Source: a virus | Strand: one strand, 5' to 3' | Length of the DNA: 64,000 nucleotides | IMG/VR virus record: IMGVR_UViG_3300013117_000027 | Shown here: piece by piece, positions 9,896 through 20,361 of the stretch | Layout: each line of letters begins with the position of its first letter | Position numbering within the stretch: position 1 is the stretch's first letter | Notes under the pieces: generated by a model | What the model was told of the DNA's origin: nothing | Databases searched by the model: none | Seen by the model: the letters and a program-made list of their open reading frames with translations, nothing else | Program-made: the position numbers and the translations under genes

Positions 9896-11038
9896 ATGGA
9901 CACATTTATAAAGCAAGAAAGTGGAATATACTCATTAGTCCACAACTATCAGTATCAATTCAATCCTGGTGAAGTTATACAATCATTTAATATATATATA
10001 GATGATGTAGATCCTGTAGACGCGGCAGCGTCAGGATTATACTCTAGTGGTATGGTATACAACTACGCTAAATACGACGCTACAAGTCTCGTATTTACAA
10101 TAGCGAGCGGTGTCCATGAATCAGGATACTATATAAAGAGTGAAGTTACAACTAATGCTGGTAACTCGTATGATAGAACAACATATCTATATGTAGATGA
10201 AACGAACTATCCTAATGTATACGAAGACTTTTACTATAGATTTCAACACTCTATCTATGATAGAAATTTATACATTGTTCCTGACTTAAATCACACGTTT
10301 ATTTATAATCACGAATATCATGTTAATATACTAGCTGGTCTTTCAGGTGTTTACAATGGATATATGGAAGAGAGTGATAAGTTCTGGTTTACTTCACAGT
10401 ACTGTCCGTTATTTGCTACTATAACTACAATAGAGTTAATGGGTGGACCTACTATAGAGAATTTCTCTGAAGATACTGTTTATAGAATGATACATAAGAA
10501 TTCTATAGACGTGATAGATATTTATAATCTAGGTAATGGAACAAGTTATCCTTATAGTTATTGGGGATGCACGCCTCAGAACGTACCATTCTTAATGAGA
10601 AGATATGTAGAATGTAAGACTACTTATGATCTTCTTAATATAGCAGAGAACTATGTAGGTGTATCTAATACAGTTGGTCAGACTAAACACTTAGGTGATC
10701 TTGATATCAAGTATACAGGAACTCCAGGATCAAGTGGATCTAAAGAACTTACTGCTCCTGATATAAAGAAAAGATTGTTTGATTGCTTTAACTCTATTAT
10801 AGATTACTTCTCTAGAGGAGTATCAATAGCTATTAAAGGTATATACGATTGTTCTAAAGGTTATCCTCATCCTGTATTAGATGTAGGACATAACAGAGTT
10901 ATTAAAGGAATAGATCCATGGCTAGAATCATCTTCTGGACCAGGATTTAATGGACTAGGGTGGAGGTATGTAGATAAAGGTGGTTCACGTATACATTCTA
11001 GATCTAGGTATTATAGAACTGGAAGAGGAACATTCTAA
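9896..11038 (+). CDS. Putative neck / head-tail adaptor protein with N-terminal beta domains
   Basis: SD AGGAG; position between head and tail genes; C-terminal helical part followed by KHLGDLDIKY resembles adaptor proteins. Mostly synteny. Confidence 0.5.
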   Translation: MDTFIKQESGIYSLVHNYQYQFNPGEVIQSFNIYIDDVDPVDAAASGLYSSGMVYNYAKYDATSLVFTIASGVHESGYYIKSEVTTNAGNSYDRTTYLYVDETNYPNVYEDFYYRFQHSIYDRNLYIVPDLNHTFIYNHEYHVNILAGLSGVYNGYMEESDKFWFTSQYCPLFATITTIELMGGPTIENFSEDTVYRMIHKNSIDVIDIYNLGNGTSYPYSYWGCTPQNVPFLMRRYVECKTTYDLLNIAENYVGVSNTVGQTKHLGDLDIKYTGTPGSSGSKELTAPDIKKRLFDCFNSIIDYFSRGVSIAIKGIYDCSKGYPHPVLDVGHNRVIKGIDPWLESSSGPGFNGLGWRYVDKGGSRIHSRSRYYRTGRGTF

Positions 11039-11574
11039 TGGGAGTATTCACAGACCAAGTTATAACAACCAACGAGTTTATACGTGAAAGTATGTACTCT
11101 ACTACTTCAGAAGCCGATGGTATCGATCTTAGAGTAGAGATGAATTGGTTACTTTACGGAGATGGCGTTAACAAACCTAAAGGTCATTGGGTAGTAGTAA
11201 GACACTTCAATAGAACTGAAAAGTCTAAGTATTGGAATAAGTTTTCTAAAGAAGGTGTAGGAGGACCTGCTCACCCTTATACGGATTACCTTGTTAGATC
11301 AAGACGTATGCCTTATCCTATGACTGATACGAGTGATTACACTAAAGTCGGTGATATCTTTAGTGATAAGTTTATTTACTGGATAGAGTATACTGTTAAT
11401 ATTCACGCTGGCGATCAAATATTCGAGTTAAATGTTGTAGATCATAAAGTCGAACCTACTTCTTACAAGTTCGACGAGAAGTATAATGTTAAAAGATTAC
11501 ATCCTTACAGATTAGAGAATGGTAATGTACAATACTATGCTGCTCTCTGCGAACTTGATCATATTGACTACTAG
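11038..11574 (+). CDS. Putative head-closure / neck protein
   Basis: 178 aa, TAATG-coupled, beta-rich C-terminus (IHAGDQIFEL...YNVKRLHPYR); synteny. Confidence 0.5.
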   Translation: MGVFTDQVITTNEFIRESMYSTTSEADGIDLRVEMNWLLYGDGVNKPKGHWVVVRHFNRTEKSKYWNKFSKEGVGGPAHPYTDYLVRSRRMPYPMTDTSDYTKVGDIFSDKFIYWIEYTVNIHAGDQIFELNVVDHKVEPTSYKFDEKYNVKRLHPYRLENGNVQYYAALCELDHIDY

Positions 11575-11582
11575 GAGGAAAT

Positions 11583-12560
11583 ATGGTAGTAACTAATACA
11601 TCAGCATCACCACAAATACTTTTACCGGAGGTTACTCCGGACCTTAAGTTTACGTTATATGAACCTATTAGTAATAAGATATACGAGTATAATCGTGACA
11701 CTAATAATAGACTCACAAGTGTAGGTAATTTACAATCAGTGTTTGAGATGATGTGCTTACTAGAGAAGTCTATAAGAATAGTTAATCCTAGTGTTGTTTT
11801 TAGTCCAGACTTTCCCGACTATATGTTAGACAGAGATGATCCTAAGTATCTAAAAGATTACCCTATTATACAGACAACTGATGTGGGAAAGCTTCCTCAT
11901 CATAGAACAGATATGTTCCAGAGGAACTACGATGAGTATAAGACGGTAGATAGAATTCCTGCTCCTCATATAACATGGGCAACTGTTAGACAAGAGGCTG
12001 GAGGAACAGAACCTTTTAGAGGTACACAAGAAAGAAAACCTAGACAACGTAATTTTATAGGAAGATATGAACCGACTTATAAGATATACGATGATGGGCG
12101 ACAAGAACTTATTAGTAAGTATGGAGATAAAGTAGGATACTATCAGATAGAAGGTCAGACTTTTGATAATCTTGTACAGTTTAATATGTGGGCCCAGAGT
12201 GGATGGGAAGCAGAAGAACTTACTGATTGGTTTGAAGAATATATGAAGAAATATACAGGAATGTTCAGGGAAGCAGGAATAGTACAGATGTGGTTTGATA
12301 GACGTGTACGAGACGATAGACTTGTACAAATAAAAAACAAGTACCATATACGTTCGTTCCTATACTATGTTAGAACTGAACGTATTGATATAAACACTAT
12401 TAATCCTATTAAGCGGATTGAGGCCAAGTTTCACGTTGACGCAGGTGGTGACGGAGGACCTTTCCTTGATTCTTATGAATATGTCGCAAATAATTTTGAC
12501 GACAAACTGTTAAGAAAGTGGCATGGTGAATACTTTCTTCACGTTAATAATAAAATATAG
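11583..12560 (+). CDS. Putative tail terminator / completion protein
   Basis: Directly upstream of the sheath; FDNLVQFNMWAQSGWEAEELTDWFEEYM beta-alpha pattern typical of tail completion proteins. Confidence 0.55.
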   Translation: MVVTNTSASPQILLPEVTPDLKFTLYEPISNKIYEYNRDTNNRLTSVGNLQSVFEMMCLLEKSIRIVNPSVVFSPDFPDYMLDRDDPKYLKDYPIIQTTDVGKLPHHRTDMFQRNYDEYKTVDRIPAPHITWATVRQEAGGTEPFRGTQERKPRQRNFIGRYEPTYKIYDDGRQELISKYGDKVGYYQIEGQTFDNLVQFNMWAQSGWEAEELTDWFEEYMKKYTGMFREAGIVQMWFDRRVRDDRLVQIKNKYHIRSFLYYVRTERIDINTINPIKRIEAKFHVDAGGDGGPFLDSYEYVANNFDDKLLRKWHGEYFLHVNNKI

Positions 12561-12571
12561 AGGAGTACAAC

Positions 12572-15478
12572 ATGGCAAGAGAACATGCAATACCGAGTAC
12601 TTCTACGTTCATCCAGGACTTTGGACTGAATGTTACACCACAACCTGTTACTAAGAACAGACGTGTTGTAATAATCGGAACTGGCGAAGACGGTCCAATG
12701 TATGAACCAGTCTTAGTGGATAAACCAGAAGATTCTGAAATCATATGGGGACGCAGCGGCGCAGGAACATTAGTTCGTGGAATATTCGAATGTTGGGAAG
12801 CGCAAGCAGGAAGTCCTGATGTGGTTGGACTTAGAATAGGTAACGGCGTTAACGCGTATGTTGATATACTAGAAACAGATTCGTATGGGGTTCATGAGGA
12901 ACAGCCAGATAATAATGGTGATGGCGTTAGTTCATTACGATTAGATGCTCGCTTTCCAGGTGGAATCTATAATCAAATAACAGTACGTTACGACGATAGA
13001 CGTAACGTTGCTATATATAACCCTAAGACAGGACTAACATCGGTATTTACAGTTGATATAAATAACCCTAATAACACAAGTGTTGATACGCATAATGTTC
13101 AAGAGCTAGTAGATGCTATAAACGCAGATCCTAATCTTAACAGTGTGTTAACAGCTTCAACATCTGGAGTACTAACTGATTACGAACTAAAAGTAAGAAG
13201 TACTACCCCTGGTGTTAATGTTACTGATAATGGAGTTAAGCTTGATCTTAATACTATTATACAGGAATCAGAGATCATAGCTACAGAGAACGACGCGTTC
13301 TTAGTACCTTCTCCTATACTCCCTTACGGGTCTGGAGAAATAGGTAACGGTAAGTTAAAGATCTTAACAGTAACAAATAACCTTTTAGACGTAGAAGCTA
13401 TTGAATCAGTTTCTTATTCTGAATGGGAAAAGATAGACTTTACTGGAACAACAGGTAAGTTTGACTATACACCATTAGACGGTAAGGGAACAAGCCGGTG
13501 GGATACTATACAATGTATGTATGACTATGGTGATGGAGAAAATGTTATACCTGGCGATACAAAACTTGGAACACCAGACTCTAAGTACATGCATTCACCT
13601 TCAGGTAATGTTAAATCTGAGTATACTTATTACTTAGGTAACGTACTAATAGATGAGGTACCGACTGATCCAGCTGGTAAAGATGGCGCTAATGAATTTA
13701 CAATTAAATGCGACCTTCCTTTAGATGAAACTGAAGAGTTAGTTAATAGCGGGGTTACAGAAGCTTGGTTATCTACTAACGGCGCAACATACGCAGACTA
13801 TTACGATACAGCACTATCTGGTTATCTTTGGGCAACAAATCAGTATGTAGAAACAAAGACAGTAAATGGTATAGAAGTAAGACCTTCCGGACATATACAT
13901 GTATACGTTAGTGAAGATTTAGATCCTAACGGAAATTGGGTAGAAGTACCTTACGATAATGTGTCTGGTGTTTACATGAAGTCTTATACAGATCCTGATG
14001 GAATCGATCCAGGTGTTATAACTTTTGGTATTGGTCCTAATGCTTACCTTGCGAATTCAGGTGGATACGCAACTCAATACTCAGGTAAGACAGGAACAGG
14101 TGACTATATCAAGTTTACTAATATGGCTATACTTGTTGATGGTAATAATGATATTCGCGAGAATAGATATGTACGTATTACTGGTAGTACAGTAAAAGGT
14201 TTCATAAACGAAGTAGAAACTTTACCACAACTAGAAGCGAATACAAGTGCTTCTCTTACTCACTATTTCACGAGAGGACCTGAGTTGTTAATGAATACAC
14301 CACCTCAGTATCCTATACAATGTAACTATGGAACACGTATAACTTATGAACTAGATAGTAATGTTGCTATAAGTGATGCACTTAACGGCGAAATAGCTTT
14401 CACTAATCCTGAGCTACTTCCTGGACCAGGTGGTGGACCACTAGCTAGTGATAAAGATTCACATATAAGACTTAGGTATAAATACCTGCCTAACTTCCCT
14501 GCTATTACAACAGCAGCTATCTCTTTAAAGCATGGTACTAATGGTGCTAAACTTACACCAAAAGAGAAAGAAGAAGAATTTAAAAAGGTATATGAATATC
14601 TAAGAGACTTTGAAGCAACTTTATGGGTTCCTATGGAAGCTTATATAGATGATATCAAAGAAGATTACAATGCTATAACAGGACTTAAAGAACAATTGAG
14701 TACAACATATGCTCAAGATATGCAGGACTTCTTAGAAGAACTATCTATTAACTCTATACAACCACATGCAGTGTTTGGTGTTACACCTATTGTTGGTAAT
14801 ACATTAGGTGATAGAGATAATTGGGTGAAGAATCTTACAGAAGTAGATCTTAATGATGGTACAAGAGCAGCGAACGTGATGATAAATATACAAAGTAAGT
14901 TTGTATCTGTGTCAGCGTTTGAACCTATCTTCCTTAATCTTGGAAGAGGTAATCCCTATGCAGCAAATGGTCAAGCTGCTTACGCTGGTATGCTTGCTTC
15001 ATTACCTTACGATATAAGTCCAACAAATAAAGAGCTTGCTAATGTAACAGCATTACGTAAAGAGTTCTCTATGAGACAGTACGAAGCGCTTAATAATATG
15101 AGATATGTTGCTATGAAAACCAGAGCAACAAGACCTGTAATAGTCAATGACGTTACAGCAGCTCCTTATGGAAGTGACTTTGTGACTTGGAGTACTTACA
15201 GTATAACAGCCGAAGCTGCTGATAGAGTAAAGAGAATCGCTGACGCTTATCTAGGTCAACCTAATAGTGTTGTTCTTAGAAACGCAATGGACCAAGAGAT
15301 TGCTCAAACTTTAAACAATATGTCTGGACTACAAGCGTCTAATCATGTCATTACTTCAACAATCGAACAACAAGTTCGTGGAATTGTAGAAATCGATATA
15401 ATCCTAGTACCTATCTTCCCCATGAAGAAGATTCGTACTACTGTTAAACTCCGTAAGAGTTTACCAACTAACGAATAA
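12572..15478 (+). CDS. Contractile tail sheath protein with large inserted domains
   Basis: N-terminal VVIIGTGEDGPMYEPV, LDARFPGGIYNQITV; C-terminal AAYAGML...SPTNK, AYLGQPNS, IDIILVPIFPMKKIRTTV are sheath hallmarks. Confidence 0.9.
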   Translation: MAREHAIPSTSTFIQDFGLNVTPQPVTKNRRVVIIGTGEDGPMYEPVLVDKPEDSEIIWGRSGAGTLVRGIFECWEAQAGSPDVVGLRIGNGVNAYVDILETDSYGVHEEQPDNNGDGVSSLRLDARFPGGIYNQITVRYDDRRNVAIYNPKTGLTSVFTVDINNPNNTSVDTHNVQELVDAINADPNLNSVLTASTSGVLTDYELKVRSTTPGVNVTDNGVKLDLNTIIQESEIIATENDAFLVPSPILPYGSGEIGNGKLKILTVTNNLLDVEAIESVSYSEWEKIDFTGTTGKFDYTPLDGKGTSRWDTIQCMYDYGDGENVIPGDTKLGTPDSKYMHSPSGNVKSEYTYYLGNVLIDEVPTDPAGKDGANEFTIKCDLPLDETEELVNSGVTEAWLSTNGATYADYYDTALSGYLWATNQYVETKTVNGIEVRPSGHIHVYVSEDLDPNGNWVEVPYDNVSGVYMKSYTDPDGIDPGVITFGIGPNAYLANSGGYATQYSGKTGTGDYIKFTNMAILVDGNNDIRENRYVRITGSTVKGFINEVETLPQLEANTSASLTHYFTRGPELLMNTPPQYPIQCNYGTRITYELDSNVAISDALNGEIAFTNPELLPGPGGGPLASDKDSHIRLRYKYLPNFPAITTAAISLKHGTNGAKLTPKEKEEEFKKVYEYLRDFEATLWVPMEAYIDDIKEDYNAITGLKEQLSTTYAQDMQDFLEELSINSIQPHAVFGVTPIVGNTLGDRDNWVKNLTEVDLNDGTRAANVMINIQSKFVSVSAFEPIFLNLGRGNPYAANGQAAYAGMLASLPYDISPTNKELANVTALRKEFSMRQYEALNNMRYVAMKTRATRPVIVNDVTAAPYGSDFVTWSTYSITAEAADRVKRIADAYLGQPNSVVLRNAMDQEIAQTLNNMSGLQASNHVITSTIEQQVRGIVEIDIILVPIFPMKKIRTTVKLRKSLPTNE

Positions 15479-15481
15479 TAA

Positions 15482-15505
15482 GGTAGTGGGAGAGATCCCA
15501 CTTCC
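15482..15505 (+). promoter_or_regulatory. Intergenic stem-loop between sheath and tube genes
   Basis: GGTAGTGGGA-GAGA-TCCCACTTCC hairpin with a GNRA-type loop and no long T tract. Confidence 0.55.
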
Positions 15506-15524
15506 ATTTACTTGGAGGTAAAAA

Positions 15525-16238
15525 ATGGCAAATGGAATAGGTGGCGCTAACACTTTAAGTGATACACTTACAAGAACGTATAACGCGTTCTCAGGGTGTG
15601 ACATAGTTGCTACAATCAATGGAGTTGTGGTTGGTAACCTGAATGGTATATCTTATTCATCTACTAGAGAAAAGGCACCTATCTATACGATGGGTAATGT
15701 AGATGCTGTAGCTTTTGGTAGAGGTAAACGTGGTCATGCTGGCTCGTTAATCTTCACTAATTTCGACGCATCTCCTTTAACTGACATAATGGACGAAGCA
15801 GAAAAGAGCGGAAGACCACTTCATTATTACGCTAAAGGTAGTGATGTTCCAGCTGGAGGCAGAAGCTTCTTACTAGGACAACAAATCGACGAAGGTGATC
15901 TACGAGCATTCGGACATTCTAAACTTGCAAGACCGAACTACGCTGACCAACTTCCACCGTTTACTATAACTTTAACAGGACAAAACGAATACGGTAATAC
16001 ATCTGTGATGGCAATCTTAGGTGTAGAACTTATAAACGAAGGTTCTGGTATGAGTATAGACGACATCGTCACAGAGACACAAATGACGTTTGTGGCTCGT
16101 GGTATTATACCTTGGAGACGTGTGGTAGGTGGAGATCTAAGAGCTTTTGATCCTGCTACAGTAGGACCATCATCTCCTCTAGCAGCAGTTAGAGCAGCAT
16201 GGGCAGCACGAAGAGTACAAGAACAACAAGGTAACTAA
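15525..16238 (+). CDS. Tail tube protein
   Basis: Follows the sheath; SD GGAGGT; AFSGCDIVATI...GISYSSTREKAPIYTMG...RGKRGHAGSLIF...LPPFTITL...FVARGI; followed by a terminator. Confidence 0.8.
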   Translation: MANGIGGANTLSDTLTRTYNAFSGCDIVATINGVVVGNLNGISYSSTREKAPIYTMGNVDAVAFGRGKRGHAGSLIFTNFDASPLTDIMDEAEKSGRPLHYYAKGSDVPAGGRSFLLGQQIDEGDLRAFGHSKLARPNYADQLPPFTITLTGQNEYGNTSVMAILGVELINEGSGMSIDDIVTETQMTFVARGIIPWRRVVGGDLRAFDPATVGPSSPLAAVRAAWAARRVQEQQGN

Positions 16239-16244
16239 TCATAA

Positions 16245-16270
16245 TAGCCCGGGTAACTGGGCTACTTTTT
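16245..16270 (+). terminator. Intrinsic terminator after the tail tube gene
   Basis: TAGCCCGG-GTAA-CTGGGCTA hairpin followed by CTTTTT. Confidence 0.8.
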
Positions 16271-16286
16271 CTCCAAAGGAACAGAT

Positions 16287-17627
16287 ATGGCAAGAAAGTT
16301 CTACACAAAGAATTTCTTAGATCCTGCTGAAGATTTACTAAAAAATGTAGAGCTTCGCGGAACAAATGTAGTGGCTGGAGGTCCTATAGCTACAAAAACT
16401 ATAGGTGAGTATTCTCCTATACAACAAGCTAAGGATGTACAAAATCTGGGCGGACAGACTGTAGCAGGTAATATGCAAGACGGTCCTCTACAGAGTCGTG
16501 TTCCTTTTCAAGAAGATATGTTACATACATATAGTGGTACAGATGTTACTGTAGCTATAGTATATAACGAGCATATACTTTTACTTAATAATGTTGAGAC
16601 ATTCGCTTGGTCTATTCATAGAGAGAAGGTTCCTGTGAGAAGATTAGGTGATACTAACGCTAAGAATTATACGTATGGATCCAGGACAATAGCTGGTTCT
16701 ATAGTTTTTGTACAGTTTGACGAGCATCCTTTATACGGTCTTTTTCAGTTCCTTAATGAACGTACCGCTAAGAATACACGATATAGTTCGCCATTATCAG
16801 ACGATATCCCTCCTTTTGATATTATACTATACTTTTCTAACGAAGCTGGTGCTGGATCTATAATGAGATTCTACGCAATAGATATAGCTGATGAAGGTGG
16901 AGTTGTAAGTATCAATGATATATACTCTGAGAATACAATGCAGTGGGTATGTAAAGATATGGATCCTATGATATCTGAAGGCGAAGTAGGTTCTTGGAAA
17001 GCACTTTTATTTCAGAAGCAACTAGAAGGTAAGGTTGTAGATGAACAGTTTACTGCTATGCTTAGATATAGACAGAAACTAGAAAATGATGTATCAAGAC
17101 TCTCTGCGGAGATACAGACTATTGATAAACAAATAATAGAGTTAGGTACAAGAAATACCGACGTGAACGGCATAGGAACTATGGCTCGTACAAATATGGT
17201 TAACTCTGATCCGGGTATCACACAAAGAAGAAACGCACTTACCAAACAAGCTAATATAAAACAAAGTAAGATAGATAGATTGGTAGCAGAGATATCTAAA
17301 GTAGATGCATCTATCGCGGCTTACGAACAATCTAATATGACTTGGGACATGGACGCTAACCTATATGGTATGACTAGGTCGGAAAGGTATATTAAACCGT
17401 ATACCACTAATAATGTCGACGGAACTATAGCTCCAGGATATCAACCTTATGGAGACTATGATGACATTGTTACTAATAAACCTGAAGATGAATCACCTCT
17501 CCAATATCAAGGAGGAGCTAAAGGTAGTAATCCTCCGTACTATAAGAAGGGCGGTTATAAGCCTAGACCTTATGTAGATCAAAGACGTCCACCTCGTAGA
17601 GGGGATCAACGTTATCCATCTCAATAG
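16287..17627 (+). CDS. Tail tube paralog (tube initiator-like) with C-terminal coiled coil
   Basis: Aligns by eye with the tube: YSGTDVTV, WSIHREKVPV, GSRTIAGSIVF, DDIPPFDI, NEAG, DEGGVVSINDIYSE; then a coiled coil and a Pro/Arg/Gly-rich tail. Confidence 0.75.
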   Translation: MARKFYTKNFLDPAEDLLKNVELRGTNVVAGGPIATKTIGEYSPIQQAKDVQNLGGQTVAGNMQDGPLQSRVPFQEDMLHTYSGTDVTVAIVYNEHILLLNNVETFAWSIHREKVPVRRLGDTNAKNYTYGSRTIAGSIVFVQFDEHPLYGLFQFLNERTAKNTRYSSPLSDDIPPFDIILYFSNEAGAGSIMRFYAIDIADEGGVVSINDIYSENTMQWVCKDMDPMISEGEVGSWKALLFQKQLEGKVVDEQFTAMLRYRQKLENDVSRLSAEIQTIDKQIIELGTRNTDVNGIGTMARTNMVNSDPGITQRRNALTKQANIKQSKIDRLVAEISKVDASIAAYEQSNMTWDMDANLYGMTRSERYIKPYTTNNVDGTIAPGYQPYGDYDDIVTNKPEDESPLQYQGGAKGSNPPYYKKGGYKPRPYVDQRRPPRRGDQRYPSQ

Positions 17628-17636
17628 GAGACCTAA

Positions 17637-20318
17637 ATGCCTTACGATATAAGAAAAAATGAAGAAAAGTTAGCAAATCTTCAACAACAACACAAGAATG
17701 GACAGACACGAGGAGATCTATTAGCCCCAGACGTTAACGATATACGTCATAACTATAATACATATAGATATGATTACTTTAGTGGAGCACAGGCTAAAGT
17801 GTTTTTCGGTGATGTACTAGTGGACGATATTGTTACGCTTAGTTATGCAATGAGACAGACTAAAGAACCCATATACGGTTATGCTTCTCAAAGGTACGAT
17901 GCGGTTGCTATGGGAACTGTAATAGGAGAGGGTTCACTTACTATAGCTTTTAAAGAGGTAGGTTATCTTAATGTTATACAGTCTTACTTAGAAAACCAAA
18001 GAGAAGGTATAGATCTCGCGAAAGATAATGTTATCAGACGACTAACAAGTGGTAGAGAAAGAAACATTTCACAAGAGATACAGAATACGTCTACTTTATC
18101 AGCAGTGATGGCTCCTAACCTTACTCCTTCTCTTGTAAGAAGATCAGAGAATATCGAGAAGATTCTAGACGATCTAAAAGAGAAAGATATATCTCCTTTT
18201 AAAGTTCGCGGTAGAGAAGATGGCACTATTACTACAGGTGCTCAAGACTTTGACGATATGGCAGAACTCTTAGAAGATACTATCTGGGGAGATCACAATG
18301 GTAAACCATTTGATCTAAAAGATGTAGAGTTAAAGAGAGCAGATGAGTTCGATTACAGGTATGGTCGTAGCGGTAAGATAGGTATCAAAGCTGGTAACAG
18401 AAATAACTACAGAGATACTTTAAATATAATGGTAATTTTTGGCGATATAAACGACTTCAAAGCGGAGCATACATTTGTTTTATTAAACGATGTACACTTT
18501 AACTCACATTCAATGGTTATGGGTCCAACCGGTGATCCTATAGGAGAAACGTATAACTTTTTCTTTCATGATATGAACAAGTCTTTATCTACACAAACTT
18601 TTAATGTTAACGGTATCAAGTTAAACGTAGGAACAAAGAATGAGGATATTACTCTTCCTAGAAAAGAAGACATGGAATACCTAAATGACTTTATAGGTAG
18701 ACCTGAACAATTCTTTAAGATCAACGTAGTTTCTGCTTTTAGAGGCGGAGTATGGACTAATGATATACCGTTATTCTTCGAAGATAAAGCTAGTAAAAAT
18801 AATCAAGTAGGTTTTACTAGAAGAGACGATATACCTTATGTTCCTCAGTTAACAAAGTTTGTAGAACAAACTGTTACAGAGAAAGCGTTAGGACAAACAG
18901 ATTTACCAGAGAAACTATTAGTAAAGATAGAAGCAGAAAGCAACGATATACAAGGCACAGAGACTATGCACTTTATCTTAGATAAAGGATCAGACTTCTC
19001 ATCTTTATACGTTGTAACTGTTCCTACTAAGAATGACTTCTACGCTGTTAATCTTGTACAACGTGAAGACTTCTTTTTTAATCCTGCTCCACCTGAACCA
19101 ATCTTAGAACCTATACAGTCACCTGATCTTAATAGTGAGACAACTGTTACAGATCCTAAGACTGGAGAAGTTTTCACATCTGCCGGTTCACAAGAAGATA
19201 TTGATACAGGACCTAACGTCTCAACGTTTGCTGATACAGGTAAAGTAGATAATACAGATCCAGTGTCTCCGTTAGATAAGACACAACAAGATATTATAAA
19301 TGAACAACAACAACTTCTAGATCAACAAGTGCAAACACTTAATCAACAAGTTAAGAGTGAAGGTCTCACACAAGCTGAGTATGATGCTAGGATTAAAGCT
19401 CTACAGATTAGTAATCAAGCATTACTACAATCTCAGGTTAATGCATTAGAAGCTGATAAGAAGTTAATACAAGATTTAGGTAGTACTCCAGAATCAAGAG
19501 GACAACTTCTAGGGGACAGGACAGCAAAAGAGAAAGCATCTTTTGAAGCTATATACGGTCCAGGAAGCTATGAAACTTCTCTACAAAAACGTAATAAAGA
19601 GATTATAGAATCACAAACAAGAGGTAATAATCCAGATCCTTCAGATGTTCAACAAATATTACCTGATAGTTATCAACTTGAAGGGATAAGTAATAAGCAA
19701 GAGTATAATGGTACTTACTCAGAGACTCCAGGTACCGATGCTCCAGGATTTGTTCCTAGAACATCACCTATAGATAAACATTTACCTCAGTTAGATAAGG
19801 TAAGAGAAGACTACGGAGAAATAGCAGATAGAACTGCACAAAACTATCCAGACATAGATAAAGAAACTTTACTAGCTATTATATACCAAGAGTCTAAAGG
19901 TTTTAGATATGCTAGACCGCAAGATCCTAGAACTGGTAAATTCTTATCAAGCTCAAGAGGTGTTGGTCAGTTTAAAGAAGGAACAGGTAAAGATGTAGGT
20001 TTTGAGAAAAGACCTTCTAACTATAGGAAAGGTACAACAGAGTGGGATAGAGAAGTTTATGCAGATTGGTATGATCCTAATAAAGCTATTCCAGCTATAG
20101 CTACTTATCTACAACGCAATGGAGATAAGAAGTGGTTGGAAGATCTTAAGTACTCTAATCCTAAAGCTTATCAACAGGTAAGGAATTCTTTTCATCACTC
20201 AGGACCATATGGTAAGTTACAAAGACAAGGTCAGATTAATACAGCAGACCCTAATACAGTTAATTGGTTATCAAATGTTGAAGCATGGAAAGAGTATTAT
20301 AAACAATCATCACAATAG
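17637..20318 (+). CDS. Tube-like baseplate protein fused to a C-terminal lytic transglycosylase (SLT-like) domain
   Basis: N-terminal YFSGAQAKV...LSYAMRQTKEPIYGY...GEGSLTIAF resembles the tube; C-terminal LLAIIYQESKG...SSRGVGQF...DPNKAIPAIATYL is the SLT motif series with catalytic Glu. Confidence 0.8.
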   Translation: MPYDIRKNEEKLANLQQQHKNGQTRGDLLAPDVNDIRHNYNTYRYDYFSGAQAKVFFGDVLVDDIVTLSYAMRQTKEPIYGYASQRYDAVAMGTVIGEGSLTIAFKEVGYLNVIQSYLENQREGIDLAKDNVIRRLTSGRERNISQEIQNTSTLSAVMAPNLTPSLVRRSENIEKILDDLKEKDISPFKVRGREDGTITTGAQDFDDMAELLEDTIWGDHNGKPFDLKDVELKRADEFDYRYGRSGKIGIKAGNRNNYRDTLNIMVIFGDINDFKAEHTFVLLNDVHFNSHSMVMGPTGDPIGETYNFFFHDMNKSLSTQTFNVNGIKLNVGTKNEDITLPRKEDMEYLNDFIGRPEQFFKINVVSAFRGGVWTNDIPLFFEDKASKNNQVGFTRRDDIPYVPQLTKFVEQTVTEKALGQTDLPEKLLVKIEAESNDIQGTETMHFILDKGSDFSSLYVVTVPTKNDFYAVNLVQREDFFFNPAPPEPILEPIQSPDLNSETTVTDPKTGEVFTSAGSQEDIDTGPNVSTFADTGKVDNTDPVSPLDKTQQDIINEQQQLLDQQVQTLNQQVKSEGLTQAEYDARIKALQISNQALLQSQVNALEADKKLIQDLGSTPESRGQLLGDRTAKEKASFEAIYGPGSYETSLQKRNKEIIESQTRGNNPDPSDVQQILPDSYQLEGISNKQEYNGTYSETPGTDAPGFVPRTSPIDKHLPQLDKVREDYGEIADRTAQNYPDIDKETLLAIIYQESKGFRYARPQDPRTGKFLSSSRGVGQFKEGTGKDVGFEKRPSNYRKGTTEWDREVYADWYDPNKAIPAIATYLQRNGDKKWLEDLKYSNPKAYQQVRNSFHHSGPYGKLQRQGQINTADPNTVNWLSNVEAWKEYYKQSSQ

Positions 20319-20361
20319 ACATATACTATATGTGTCCCTGATGAATTAACAAGGAGAAACT

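Noticed and set aside
5867-17640. Amber (TAG) stop-codon reassignment
   Set aside because: Genes are full-length under code 11, and TAG stops coincide with the SD and start of the next gene; no fragmentation.
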